Shown in pieces: positions 44,933 to 54,393 of a DNA stretch of 64,000 nucleotides. Each line of letters begins with the position of its first letter. The stretch's first letter is position 1. The position numbers and the translations under genes were made by a program. Source of the DNA: Candidatus Peribacteria bacterium (lineage in GTDB: Bacteria > Patescibacteriota > Gracilibacteria > Peribacterales > Peribacteraceae); assembly GCA_028286915.1 (NCBI GenBank), contig JAQBQQ010000017.1, forward strand, positions 4,524 through 68,523. The letters run 5' to 3'. The notes beneath the pieces were generated by a model. The model was not told where the DNA came from, made no database searches, and was given only the letters and a program-made list of their open reading frames with translations.

Positions 44933-45583
44933 TTATTTGGTGTGCGGGAAAATATCGCGGAAAACAGATAAGTCCGATAGCGAGTACTGCTGCTCCGGTG
45001 TCTTTTTATCAATGCTGATTTTGGACGGATCCACCGGAAACATATCGCTGTCGTCCGGCGTATCTACTGGCTTTTCCACGGCTGGTGCCGCAGGTGCGGC
45101 GGCGGAAACGGCAACAATGGCTTCGTCCGCAACGGGTGCGGCGCCAAGCGGCATCATGCCATGGTCTAGAATACTACTGAGCTCTTCGATCTTCCGCTGC
45201 GTCTGATTTTCCGGCGTGACCGCTTTGGCCGGCTCAGCCTTTTTACTGGACGTGTGAATGGTAATACTAATGCCCTTGCGCGGTGCCCATGTACGCACGG
45301 GTGCTTTCTGCATGCGCTCCAGCGTGAGCATGACAATTTTCATGAGTGTTAAATCATTAATCTTAATAAGAGAAAAGGCGATGGACAGCACGCCCGGCAC
45401 CCAGAGGATAATCGTCGTGATAATATCCGGCGGTGTCCCCGCGGCTTTGGCGAATACCGAGTAGAGAACATAGCTAAACCCGCAACCACCGGTCATCATG
45501 AGCGTCTGTCGCAAGGTGAGAGGCCCGACTATGTGGTCTTCTATATAGACGTTCTGCGGAATTTTGACGGGGTCTATAGGCAT
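44933..45583 (-). CDS. PrgI-family (VirB3-like) membrane protein
   Basis: IPQNVYIEDHIVGPLTLRQTLMMTGG followed by two TM helices, the typical PrgI N-terminus. Confidence 0.6.
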   Translation of the reverse strand: MPIDPVKIPQNVYIEDHIVGPLTLRQTLMMTGGCGFSYVLYSVFAKAAGTPPDIITTIILWVPGVLSIAFSLIKINDLTLMKIVMLTLERMQKAPVRTWAPRKGISITIHTSSKKAEPAKAVTPENQTQRKIEELSSILDHGMMPLGAAPVADEAIVAVSAAAPAAPAVEKPVDTPDDSDMFPVDPSKISIDKKTPEQQYSLSDLSVFRDIFPHTK

Positions 45584-45723
45584 GAGTGTTTGTATGAGAA
45601 ATTCCTATCAGTATAGCAGAAAAGGGCATGTATTGGAAGGAGCCAGACCGAGGAGTCAGAGGATGCAAGTGAGTCAAAAGAGAGGCTGAACAAGCACAAG
45701 ATTCAAGGGAAACAGGAGAAACA

Positions 45724-45755
45724 GGGGATTCAAGAGAGTTTATCTCTTGTTCCCC
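45724..45755 (-). terminator. hairpin terminator after clpC
   Basis: GGGGA-TT-CAAGAGA loop TCTCTTG-T-TCCCC. About 12 bp of pairing. Confidence 0.55.
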
Positions 45756-45780
45756 TTGAATCTCTTGTACCACTTGTTTC

Positions 45781-48390
45781 CTAGGCATTCGCCATTTCCT
45801 CCTCCACTTCCACTGTAGTATCCACTATCGCTTTGCGCTCTCCGCGCATGAATTCAAGGCCGTCTGCGCCTTTCTTTGTGATTTTAATGTGGTCACCTTC
45901 GGAGAAGATGCCGCGCAGAATATGTTCGGCGATTTCGGCTTCTATTCTGTCCTGGATAACACGGCGGACAGGTCTGGCACCGTATTCCGAATCAAATCCT
46001 TCTTCGGCCAGCAGATTTACTACTTTCTGGTCGTATTCCAGAGTATAGCCCTGCTCTTCCAGACGGTGAGCCAGTGTATCCACATGCATCTTCACAATCT
46101 TGCGGATGTGCTGCTGGTTTAAGGCGTTAAAGACGATAATGTGATCGATACGGTTGAGAAACTCCGGACGCATATGGTCTTTGAGTTCGCCGACCACTTC
46201 TTTGCATTTCTCTTCGTATTCATCTTCTTCGGCTCTGGCTTCCTCTTCCAGTTTGAAGCCGATTTTAGCAGCCTGTTTGGTGAGTTTTTCGGCACCAATG
46301 TTACTGGTCATGACAATAATCGTATTGGTGAAATCCACCTGCTTGCCCTGGCCGTCTGTCAGCATACCGTCTTCCAGAATCTGCAGAAGAACGTTGAAGA
46401 ATTCCGGGTGAGCTTTCTCGATCTCATCGAAGAGAACAACGGAGTATGGCTTCCTGCGCACCTGCTCGGTGAGCTGGCCGCCTTCTTCGTAACCCACGTA
46501 GCCGGCAGTGGCGCCGATAAGGCGCGACACGTTATGGCGTTCCATGAACTCGGACATATCAATTTTAATGAGCGCGTCTTCGCGGTTGAAGACTTCTTTG
46601 GCAATGGTGCGGACGAGCTCTGTTTTACCTACACCCGTTGGCCCGAGGAACAGGAACGAGCCAATGGGACGGCGGACATCGGAGATGCCCACGCGGCTGC
46701 GGCGGATAGCGCGGGCCACTTTTTTAATGGCTTCATCCTGTCCGACAATGCTTTTCCGCATGACTGCCTCCAGGTTCGTGAGGCGCTTGGCTTCGGATTT
46801 GAGAAGTTTGGTTACCGGTACGCCTGTCATGCGCGCCACAACGGCGGCAATATCGTCTTCGGTAATTTGCAGGGGAGTACGGCGGTCGCCATCGTGGGAG
46901 CTCTTCATTTTTTCCAGCTGTTCTTTGAGCGTCTGCTGTTCCTGTTTCAGGCGCAGCGCCAGGTGGTACTTCTGTTCTTTAACAGCCAGTTGCTGCTTTT
47001 GCAGCAGTGTCTCCAGTTTCTCTTCGGTCTTGCGCAACTCGGGCGAGGCGCCGGCATCCTGCAGGCTTTTACCGGCGGCGGCTTCGTCCAGGACATCAAT
47101 TGCCTTGTCTGGCAGATAGCGCTCGGTAATGTAGCGCTTGCTGAGCGTGACGGCGGCCACAATGGCGTCGTCGGTAATGGACAGGTGGTGGAATTGCTCG
47201 AAACTCTCGCGGAGGCCTTCCATAATTTTGATGGCATCGGCGACAGCCGGTTCATTGACGGTAATAGACTGGAAGCGGCGTTCCAATGCGCGGTCTTTTT
47301 CAATGGTGCGGAATTCATCCAGGGTCGTGGCGCCAATGACGCGGAGCGCACCGCGGCTAAGAGCCGGCTTTAGAATGTTGGCGGCATCCAGCGAGCCATC
47401 GGCGGCACCGGCACCAACAACGGTGTGCATTTCATCAATGAACAGAATAATGTCATTATCACTTTTGATTGCTTCTTTAATAATGTCATCCAGACGCTGT
47501 TCAAATTCACCGCGATACTTCGTTCCGGCGACGAGCGAACCCATATTCAGCATCAGCAGACGCTTGCCTTTGAGCGAATCCGGAACCATGCCCGACACAA
47601 TGCGCTGGGCAAGGCCTTCCACAATGGCGGTCTTTCCCACGCCCGGCTCGCCAATGAGCACGGGGTTATTCTTGGTCTTGCGGTTTAAAATACGGATCAT
47701 GCGTTCAATTTCTTCATCGCGACCGATGATAGGGTCTATTTTCTTCTCTTTTACTTTGGCTACGAGGTCGTCGGTAAAGTAATCCAGTACCGGCGTCTTG
47801 CTTTTGCCGTCGGATTTTTTACGCTTCAAGCCTTCGGGGTCGGCATTCGGCTGATTCTGCTGCATGCCGGAAACCACCATACCCTGCAGTCCGCTAAAGA
47901 ATGCTTCCAGCGACTGTTCCAGGTTGCGGTTCTGTTGCTTGAAGGAATTGATCTGGCCGAACATTTCTTCCACGCGCATGCGTAGGTCCTCCGGATCCAC
48001 CTGCATGTTTTCCAGAATAAGCGTGGCGGCGTTCTTGCCGGTGGAAACGAGCGAATGCAGCAAATGCTCCGTGCCTACGTTGGCATGGCGGAACTTGTGC
48101 GCGGTTACCACGCTCTGCTCAATGACGGTATGAAGAAAAGTGGAGAGCCCGTGTTTTACGTGCTGGCCTTCCACGCTGGTGGTCTTCATGGCTTTCAGAA
48201 GAATGCGAACATTCTCCTGCGTCACGCCGGCTCCCGTGAAAATGGAAAAGCCGAGGGATTTTGGAATGCTGAGGAGGCCCAACAGAAGATGTTCCGTACC
48301 GATGTACGTACTCTTCATGTTCTTTGCCTCCTGTTCTGCAATCTGCAGAGCAAGCTTGGCATTAGGGGTAAAGCGATCAAACGGATGCAT
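45781..48390 (-). CDS. clpC: ATP-dependent Clp protease ATP-binding subunit ClpC (class I AAA+)
   Basis: Two Clp_N repeats, two Walker A motifs (GEPGVGKT, GPTGVGKT), a short roughly 55-aa middle domain and a ClpP-docking IGF loop (AAKIGFKLE). Confidence 0.9.
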   Translation of the reverse strand: MHPFDRFTPNAKLALQIAEQEAKNMKSTYIGTEHLLLGLLSIPKSLGFSIFTGAGVTQENVRILLKAMKTTSVEGQHVKHGLSTFLHTVIEQSVVTAHKFRHANVGTEHLLHSLVSTGKNAATLILENMQVDPEDLRMRVEEMFGQINSFKQQNRNLEQSLEAFFSGLQGMVVSGMQQNQPNADPEGLKRKKSDGKSKTPVLDYFTDDLVAKVKEKKIDPIIGRDEEIERMIRILNRKTKNNPVLIGEPGVGKTAIVEGLAQRIVSGMVPDSLKGKRLLMLNMGSLVAGTKYRGEFEQRLDDIIKEAIKSDNDIILFIDEMHTVVGAGAADGSLDAANILKPALSRGALRVIGATTLDEFRTIEKDRALERRFQSITVNEPAVADAIKIMEGLRESFEQFHHLSITDDAIVAAVTLSKRYITERYLPDKAIDVLDEAAAGKSLQDAGASPELRKTEEKLETLLQKQQLAVKEQKYHLALRLKQEQQTLKEQLEKMKSSHDGDRRTPLQITEDDIAAVVARMTGVPVTKLLKSEAKRLTNLEAVMRKSIVGQDEAIKKVARAIRRSRVGISDVRRPIGSFLFLGPTGVGKTELVRTIAKEVFNREDALIKIDMSEFMERHNVSRLIGATAGYVGYEEGGQLTEQVRRKPYSVVLFDEIEKAHPEFFNVLLQILEDGMLTDGQGKQVDFTNTIIVMTSNIGAEKLTKQAAKIGFKLEEEARAEEDEYEEKCKEVVGELKDHMRPEFLNRIDHIIVFNALNQQHIRKIVKMHVDTLAHRLEEQGYTLEYDQKVVNLLAEEGFDSEYGARPVRRVIQDRIEAEIAEHILRGIFSEGDHIKITKKGADGLEFMRGERKAIVDTTVEVEEEMANA

Positions 48391-48427
48391 ACAAATGATG
48401 AGAAAGTAATGATAGTGACTCGTGTCA

Positions 48428-48454
48428 TTAGCAGTCTAATAAAGGGAGTGCTAA
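48428..48454. promoter_or_regulatory. CIRCE element (HrcA operator)
   Basis: TTAGCAGTC-N9-GAGTGCTAA against consensus TTAGCACTC-N9-GAGTGCTAA (17/18). 38 nt upstream of the clpC ATG. Confidence 0.8.
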
Positions 48455-48732
48455 ATGTCGACCGGAATCATGACATTTTATCTGATGTATATAATAAGTA
48501 TAGTGTCAGAGATGGAGTAATATGGTCTTCTGGACGTATGTATACTAAAGTTGATCAAGCGGACTATCAGTGCTTATTGATTCAGGAACCGATTTTTAGC
48601 AAAGGATGCAGTTTTGATGCCTGCCGGAAGTGGCTTGCCTAAACGCGTTATTCATAATCGCTATCCAAAGCCGGATAGGCAATATCACAAAATCAGCAGA
48701 AGGTCTCTGCTTTGAAGGAATTTTTTGGCTTT

Positions 48733-49410
48733 CTATTTTCCTGTTGTCTTGAATGCCACCGGCCACTTGAATGTTGCCAAAGATATCTGCCCATGCGACA
48801 ACTTCCGTTCCAGCGCCCAGTACAGAGTCACGGCGCACAGGCCTGCAAGCGCCATGCCAACCTGGTATGTAAGCGGCAGGCTGCCGAAATAGGCATACAT
48901 AACGGCGCCCGGTGCAACACCTATGGCAGTAATGATGCAAAATTCCAAGCGGCTGGTATCTGTAAATAGTCCGAATGCGTAGCTCACAATATCGCCATGC
49001 AATACCATGCGCATAAAAATACCGTGGAACATGCTTTTCCCCTCCACCAGCCCGGACATGGTTTTCAGTTGCGATACAGATACAAATTTGCCGATGACCG
49101 GTTTGCCGAAGTAACGCGCAGCCTCAAATAAGATCTGGCTTCCCAGTACCCAGGAAAGACATACCAGGGCGGCTGTAGCCGGCCAGTCCCAGAGCACAAC
49201 CGCAATAGGTATGAACGGCAAAAGGCTGGCGAAGGGGATCACTACGGTTACAATTCCAATAAGGACAAACAGCGCCATGCCCCAGCCGCCAGGCGTGTGA
49301 TTTAGAATGTCTCGCAGCGCTCCCAAATGGTTTCTTGCGTATGAAGAAATAACGATAAACGCAAGAACTCCCAGAACTGCCGGCCATATTTTTTGGACAA
49401 TGGATTTCAT
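48733..49410 (-). CDS. TVP38/TMEM64 (DedA-related) family membrane protein
   Basis: VIPFASLLPFIPIAVVLWDW...GSQILFEAARYFGKPVI signature. ATG at 49410. Confidence 0.75.
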   Translation of the reverse strand: MKSIVQKIWPAVLGVLAFIVISSYARNHLGALRDILNHTPGGWGMALFVLIGIVTVVIPFASLLPFIPIAVVLWDWPATAALVCLSWVLGSQILFEAARYFGKPVIGKFVSVSQLKTMSGLVEGKSMFHGIFMRMVLHGDIVSYAFGLFTDTSRLEFCIITAIGVAPGAVMYAYFGSLPLTYQVGMALAGLCAVTLYWALERKLSHGQISLATFKWPVAFKTTGK

Positions 49411-49507
49411 ATATTTATATATTATAACATGTATTATAAAATTGATCAATTTCTAAAAAAAAGGCCTTATTCGTCATAAGGCCCTTTATAGCATGATATA
49501 CACAGTT

Positions 49508-50815
49508 TTAAGCCGTCGGTTCCACTCGTTTCCTTGTTCTTAATTCCCGCAAATCTTCCAGGAACAGGGCGACAATTGTCGTGGTAGGAATGGCGAGCAT
49601 AATGCCCAGAAGAGGATGAATGAAAATTGGGAAGCTGATGCCAACCAGCATGGCGAAAATGATGGCGATGGGGGACAGTCCCACGGCGCGCTTCATAATG
49701 AGCGGCACGAGCAGGTTGTTTTCACACCATTGGATTACGTAGTAGACCAGAATAATGACAAGACCCCAGATGAATCCGCCTTCGGTGGTGGCAATTAATA
49801 CAGCCGGAACGGCAGCTATAAGCGGCCCGATGACGGGAATAAATTCCGTGAAGCCGGCCAGAATAGCGAGGGTGAGTGCGTACGGCATGCGCAGAATCGT
49901 GAGCGCCAGGAATACCAGGAAACCCAGAACCAGACAGAGGGTGAGCTGGCCGCGTGCCCACTGGGCGAGCTTGAAATGAATTACCTCCGCCTTGTCGGTT
50001 GCATAGCCTTTGTAATCCGAAGAAATGAAGCCGCGCACCCAGGTAATGATTTTCGTTTTTTCCACCTGAATAAAGAAAGCGAGCACGAACACGATGACGG
50101 CCTTGCTGACAAAGTCGAATACAGAACCGGCGATCTGTGCGGCGAAAATAAGCGACCCCTGCGCAACGGTGTTAAGATTCTGGCTGATTTGCCCCAGTGC
50201 GTCTGTGAAGCGCGTGATATTCAGGCTTTTGAGTGTGGATTCAATGAATACCGTCATCTGTTGATTGGTGGCTGCATTGACGAATGGCAGGTTGATTTGC
50301 GGATGCTGCAGGAATGCATTGGCCCGCGCATTCAGCAGGCCGGCAATGGCCTGTATCTGATCCGCGATAATCGGAATAAGTGAAATGAGCAGGAATACAA
50401 TGAGACAGACGGCAATCAGATAATGAAGAAGCACGCCAAGGCCGCGCGGAATACCCATGCGCTTGAGCGCTTCCACACCGGGGTCCATAATGGTGGCTAC
50501 AAAAATAGCCAGTATCATGAGAACCAATTTATCTTTTAAGATGAACAGCATTTGAAAACCGTAGTACACCACGGCAATGGCCAGGGCCACTTTTACAATA
50601 TTGCCAATGCTCAGGTAGGCGATTACTTCATTTAGGGGAGTTCGTTCCGGCAACATTACTCTGTGAGTGGAGCCATTGATATCAGCCTTGTTGATCTCTT
50701 TGGCTTTGGCCAATAGTTTTTGCGCTTTTTCGCCAATAATACGGAAGGATGTGAACGATTGCTTATCATTCTTTTTATTGGGTGCAGGCGGTGGCGTAGG
50801 TTTCTTGGGTGGCAT
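49508..50815 (-). CDS. AI-2E family transporter (PerM/UPF0118)
   Basis: Eight TM helices and the C-terminal FIPVIGPLIAAVPAVLIA signature. Confidence 0.85.
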   Translation of the reverse strand: MPPKKPTPPPAPNKKNDKQSFTSFRIIGEKAQKLLAKAKEINKADINGSTHRVMLPERTPLNEVIAYLSIGNIVKVALAIAVVYYGFQMLFILKDKLVLMILAIFVATIMDPGVEALKRMGIPRGLGVLLHYLIAVCLIVFLLISLIPIIADQIQAIAGLLNARANAFLQHPQINLPFVNAATNQQMTVFIESTLKSLNITRFTDALGQISQNLNTVAQGSLIFAAQIAGSVFDFVSKAVIVFVLAFFIQVEKTKIITWVRGFISSDYKGYATDKAEVIHFKLAQWARGQLTLCLVLGFLVFLALTILRMPYALTLAILAGFTEFIPVIGPLIAAVPAVLIATTEGGFIWGLVIILVYYVIQWCENNLLVPLIMKRAVGLSPIAIIFAMLVGISFPIFIHPLLGIMLAIPTTTIVALFLEDLRELRTRKRVEPTA

Positions 50816-50885
50816 GCTGCTTCGGTTTGGAATGGAATGAAGAGGGACGGAGCGGATTGTGCGCTAAAATTGTGCGGGATTTTTC

Positions 50886-51260
50886 CTACCGGGCGAGGGC
50901 GAAAATAATGGTATCGATGATAAGGAAGGAGAAAATGCAGAATGCCAGACCGCCAACCGCGTATAGAATGCGGTTTCGGGGACCGGAGGTGTCGGTACCG
51001 CGCACGCCTGCCAACGCTATTTCATAACCGGCCAGTAAAATTTCTATAAGGGCGAGTCCGCCGGCAAAACTGAAGGCGAGCTGGATAAGGTAAGCCAGGT
51101 ACAGTGGAATGCATTGGAATCCGAAGATGCCGGTTACAAAGCTGCAGCCGGGGCCAAGCTTGCTTTCATCCGGAATGAGCGACGCACTTTGGGCCAGGGC
51201 CGCTACCGGCAGCGCGGAAAGGAAAACTGCGTACAGGCGTGCGCGGAGGGATGGCTTCAT
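50886..51260 (-). CDS. small secreted two-TM protein, possibly a TrbC/VirB2-type T4SS pilin
   Basis: Signal peptide, Cys pair, two hydrophobic helices separated by a short charged loop. 124 aa. Confidence 0.35.
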   Translation of the reverse strand: MKPSLRARLYAVFLSALPVAALAQSASLIPDESKLGPGCSFVTGIFGFQCIPLYLAYLIQLAFSFAGGLALIEILLAGYEIALAGVRGTDTSGPRNRILYAVGGLAFCIFSFLIIDTIIFALAR

Positions 51261-51336
51261 GTGCGGCTATTGTGCGGCAGAAGTGCGTTCTTTTGTATAG
51301 CTCGCTTTCTTTTTGTGTAGCCAGAGCCACTCAAGT

Positions 51337-52395
51337 ATGCTCTTGTCCAATTCATCCATGGCTTTCAACTGGCAAACCGCTCCCCGGCCTATGATCGCAC
51401 TCGCCCCAATGGCCGGTGTGACAGACAGTTCCTACCGCCAGCTCATAAAGAGAGTGGCGCCCGAGACGATTGTGTATACCGAATTCTTAAGTACGGATGC
51501 GCTGGCATATGGTGCTAAAAAAACACTGTCGATGATCAATTTTGATCCGGACATTGAACGGCCGTTTATTGTGCAGGTATTCGGCAAAAAGCCGGAGCAT
51601 TTTTTGGAAGCGGCCAAGATAGTGGAACAATTGGGTGCCGATGGCATAGATATCAATATGGGTTGTCCGGCCGCCAAAGTGGTATCGTCCTGTCATGGTT
51701 CGGCGCTTATCCGGGACCCGGACCTGGCTGCCGAACTTGTCCATGCCACAAAAAAAGCAGTCACCATTCCGGTGAGTGTGAAAACGCGTCTGGGGTGGGA
51801 TACCAAGAACACGCTCATTCCGTTCTGCCAGCGCGTGGTGGAAGCCGGTGCATCGGCATTGGCTATTCATGGCCGGCGCTATTGCGATAAATTCGGCGGT
51901 AAAGCGGACTGGGAACCTATTTATGAACTTAAGCGCAATGTAAGCGTGCCTGTCATTGGCAATGGCGATATTTTTACCGCCAGGGACGCACTGGAGAAAA
52001 TCGGCAACCTGGATGGCGTTATGGTGGGGCGGGGGACATTTGGCAACCCCTGGCTGATGGCGGATATTGCGCAGGCTTTATCGGCTGCAGCTTCAAAAAA
52101 TGATCACCTGAATAATGAGCAGAAAATCAACGAACACAGTGCGGCTGCCACCGAGCCACTGGTGAATGCCTTCGGTACGCCCACTGTTTCCAGCCTTTCC
52201 TTCCGGGAAAAGATTCCCTTTATTTTGTTGCACTGTGAGTTGGCCGTCACTCACAAAGGCGAACAGCGCGGCATGATGGAAATGCGCCGGCACCTTAGCA
52301 GCTATGTCAAAGGCTTTGATGGCGCCAAGGAAATGCGCGAGAAGCTGGTACGGGTGGAAACGTTTGAAGAAGCAAAGAAGATTTTGTGCGTTTAA
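51337..52395 (+). CDS. dus: tRNA-dihydrouridine synthase
   Basis: ALAPMAGVTDSSYRQL, DINMGCPAAKV (catalytic Cys), IHGR. Start uncertain (TTG 51313, ATG 51337 or ATG 51358). Confidence 0.9.
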   Translation: MLLSNSSMAFNWQTAPRPMIALAPMAGVTDSSYRQLIKRVAPETIVYTEFLSTDALAYGAKKTLSMINFDPDIERPFIVQVFGKKPEHFLEAAKIVEQLGADGIDINMGCPAAKVVSSCHGSALIRDPDLAAELVHATKKAVTIPVSVKTRLGWDTKNTLIPFCQRVVEAGASALAIHGRRYCDKFGGKADWEPIYELKRNVSVPVIGNGDIFTARDALEKIGNLDGVMVGRGTFGNPWLMADIAQALSAAASKNDHLNNEQKINEHSAAATEPLVNAFGTPTVSSLSFREKIPFILLHCELAVTHKGEQRGMMEMRRHLSSYVKGFDGAKEMREKLVRVETFEEAKKILCV

Positions 52396-52410
52396 CGTTG
52401 CGTTATAAAA

Positions 52411-52435
52411 ATTCCGCAGCCATAGGCCGCGGAAT
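52411..52435. terminator. hairpin between convergent dus and rplA
   Basis: ATTCCGCAGCC-ata-GGCCGCGGAAT, with a T-run on the minus strand. Confidence 0.6.
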
Positions 52436-52456
52436 AGTTTGATCGCAGGTCTGTGC

Positions 52457-53158
52457 TTACAGTTGTATTTTCAGGCTTGGTCCCATGCTTGGGCATACGA
52501 ACACCGTGCTGATGTATTCGCTCTTGATGCCACTTGGCTGAGCGTCTTTGACAGCGGCAATAAGGGCCATCAGGTTTTCCTCCAGCTTTTTGTTGCCGAA
52601 TGATACTTTGCCGAAGATCACATGGATGATTCCCTGCTTGTCCATGCGCACTTCAATGCGGCCTTTCTTGAGTTCTTCAATGGCCTTGGCTACGTTCTCC
52701 GTAACGGTTCCGGCTTTTGGGGATGGCATGAGCCCTTTTTGTCCCAGTGTCTTGGCAATCTTTCCCAGGTCTTTCATGACACGCGGGTGAGCAACGGCGA
52801 CATCAAAGTTGATATCTCCGCTTTCAATCTGCTTAATAAGGTCTTCGTTACCGGCCATATCTGCGCCGGCTTTCTTGGCGGCGTCCACCAGGTCATCTGG
52901 TACAAAGGCGGCAATGCGTACTGTCTTGCCGGTACCGTTTGGCAGCGAAACAGTCGTGCGGATCAGCTGATCTGCCTGTGTCGTGTCGGCATTGATGCGG
53001 ATATGCGCTTCTGTGCTGGCATCAAAAGAGCTTATAGACAGCTGTGGCAGAAGCTCGGCGGCTTCGGCAATGCTGTACATGTCTTTGGTTACCAATGCTT
53101 TCTTTGCGGCGTACTTTTTGCCCTTTCGCTGCGCAAGGGGAGTGGCTTTAGAGGCCAT
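52457..53158 (-). CDS. rplA: 50S ribosomal protein L1
   Basis: Conserved L1 blocks (NLPNGTGK-like LPNGTGKTVRIA, MPSPKAGTVT). ATG at 53158. Confidence 0.9.
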   Translation of the reverse strand: MASKATPLAQRKGKKYAAKKALVTKDMYSIAEAAELLPQLSISSFDASTEAHIRINADTTQADQLIRTTVSLPNGTGKTVRIAAFVPDDLVDAAKKAGADMAGNEDLIKQIESGDINFDVAVAHPRVMKDLGKIAKTLGQKGLMPSPKAGTVTENVAKAIEELKKGRIEVRMDKQGIIHVIFGKVSFGNKKLEENLMALIAAVKDAQPSGIKSEYISTVFVCPSMGPSLKIQL

Positions 53159-53269
53159 AATAATGAGGGGGAACGTGGTAGAAACAGGGGCGCCCGGAAC
53201 AAAAAACGAAGGGCTCCCACGGACCGCGCAGATTGTGCAGGATCGTCGGCTTTTCCGCAAGTTCTTCAC

Positions 53270-53292
53270 AAAAAAAGCCGGGAAACCCGGCT
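53270..53292 (-). terminator. rho-independent terminator between the inserted membrane-protein gene and rplA
   Basis: AGCCGGG-aaa-CCCGGCT stem followed by T7 on the minus strand. Confidence 0.75.
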
Positions 53293-53318
53293 TTTAAGTA
53301 AAGGAGAATAAGAAAGGC

Positions 53319-54158
53319 TTATTTCTTCTTTTTTGGAGCTTTCTTGGCTGCTTTATGAGTATGGGCTGGTTTGGCAGCCGGTTCAGCGCTTTCAACTTTC
53401 ACTTCGGCAGGTGGAACGGACATTGAAACCGGCGTGCTTGGGAAACTGGCCGGTTTTGGCGCGACTTTTACCGTGTTCAGCACCGAAGGCAGCATGGCAG
53501 GACTGGAAACCATTATTTTCTTCTCGGGAGCTTTGGCAGCCGTTGAAGCCATAGGAGCAGCTGCTTTGACAGGCATTGTTTGGGTGGGAGCGGGGGTTGG
53601 TGTGCGGGCGGCAGTAGCAGGACCTGGTGTCTGTACCTGCGTGCACCAGGAAAGAATAAGTCCGTACGCAAGTGCGATAACCGGCATTATCCACCAGTCG
53701 GGCATGGTGTTGGCAACGCCCAGTAACATAAGGCTCAGTAGGGCAAGTGCGGCAAGAACCGTTGCCAGAAAGCCAATAATTTTGAGCGTGTAGAAGTAAA
53801 TGGCGTATGGAACGGCTTTGGATGTTTCATCGATGGTACGAGCCATGTGTTCATGTAATAAAAACACCAGGCCACCTGTGGCAAAGACAATTAGAAGGGC
53901 CAGGTAATATTTGGCACCAAGCGGCTGCACGGCACCGCTAAGCACACTCCTGAGTGCCGGTATGGCACTGGCAGACATAAGAATAATGCCGAAGGTCTGC
54001 ATGAGATAACTATAAATGGCCTTCCCGATGGCGGCAGGTTTGGAGCCGGGCGTTAAAATGGACGGAATGAATACGAGTACCAGCAAATGCGTCAGCATCA
54101 GTGGAATAAAAAGGACTGACAGTGACTCAAAGACGCCTAGAAAATTGAGGATATCCAT
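53319..54158 (-). CDS. polytopic membrane protein with an Ala/Pro/Lys-rich C-terminal tail
   Basis: Six hydrophobic helices followed by a roughly 110-aa low-complexity tail ending KAAKKAPKKKK. ATG at 54158. Confidence 0.5.
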   Translation of the reverse strand: MDILNFLGVFESLSVLFIPLMLTHLLVLVFIPSILTPGSKPAAIGKAIYSYLMQTFGIILMSASAIPALRSVLSGAVQPLGAKYYLALLIVFATGGLVFLLHEHMARTIDETSKAVPYAIYFYTLKIIGFLATVLAALALLSLMLLGVANTMPDWWIMPVIALAYGLILSWCTQVQTPGPATAARTPTPAPTQTMPVKAAAPMASTAAKAPEKKIMVSSPAMLPSVLNTVKVAPKPASFPSTPVSMSVPPAEVKVESAEPAAKPAHTHKAAKKAPKKKK

Positions 54159-54393
54159 GGAAAGTCGGGAAGAAAATCCATGCGAGTGTACGGGGCGTTT
54201 CTCTCTCGTGCACGACAAATGCATTGCGTGGAAGGAGGGAGAAGTATGCAATGAATATCAGCCATGTTGTCTTTGCACGATCTTGGATTCTGAATGGGAA
54301 GCACTAAATCTTTCACGCGGTCATTCTGCGGAGAGAGAATGATGCCTGGGATTTACAAAACAGTGCGTGGCTTTCTGGAAGCGATGAGTAGCT

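Noticed and set aside
2606-45780. Recurrent CAAGAyTCAAr-type low-complexity strings (about 2604-2632, 28896-28925, 29377-29395, 45690-45740) as a possible dispersed repeat family
   Set aside because: The copies are short and differ in order and orientation. Two are explained by tandem duplication of the SRPBCC spacer, and the others form local terminator hairpins. There is not enough evidence for a distinct element.
46141-47373. 410-aa plus-strand ORF, plus several other long plus-strand ORFs between 45833 and 48642
   Set aside because: All lie antisense to clpC, whose minus frame carries two Walker A/B sets and Clp_N repeats. The antisense products have no motifs.
45781-48390. ClpB (disaggregase) assignment for the 869-aa AAA+ protein
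   Set aside because: The middle domain is only about 55 residues, far shorter than the ClpB coiled coil. An IGF ClpP-docking loop is present, so ClpC fits better.
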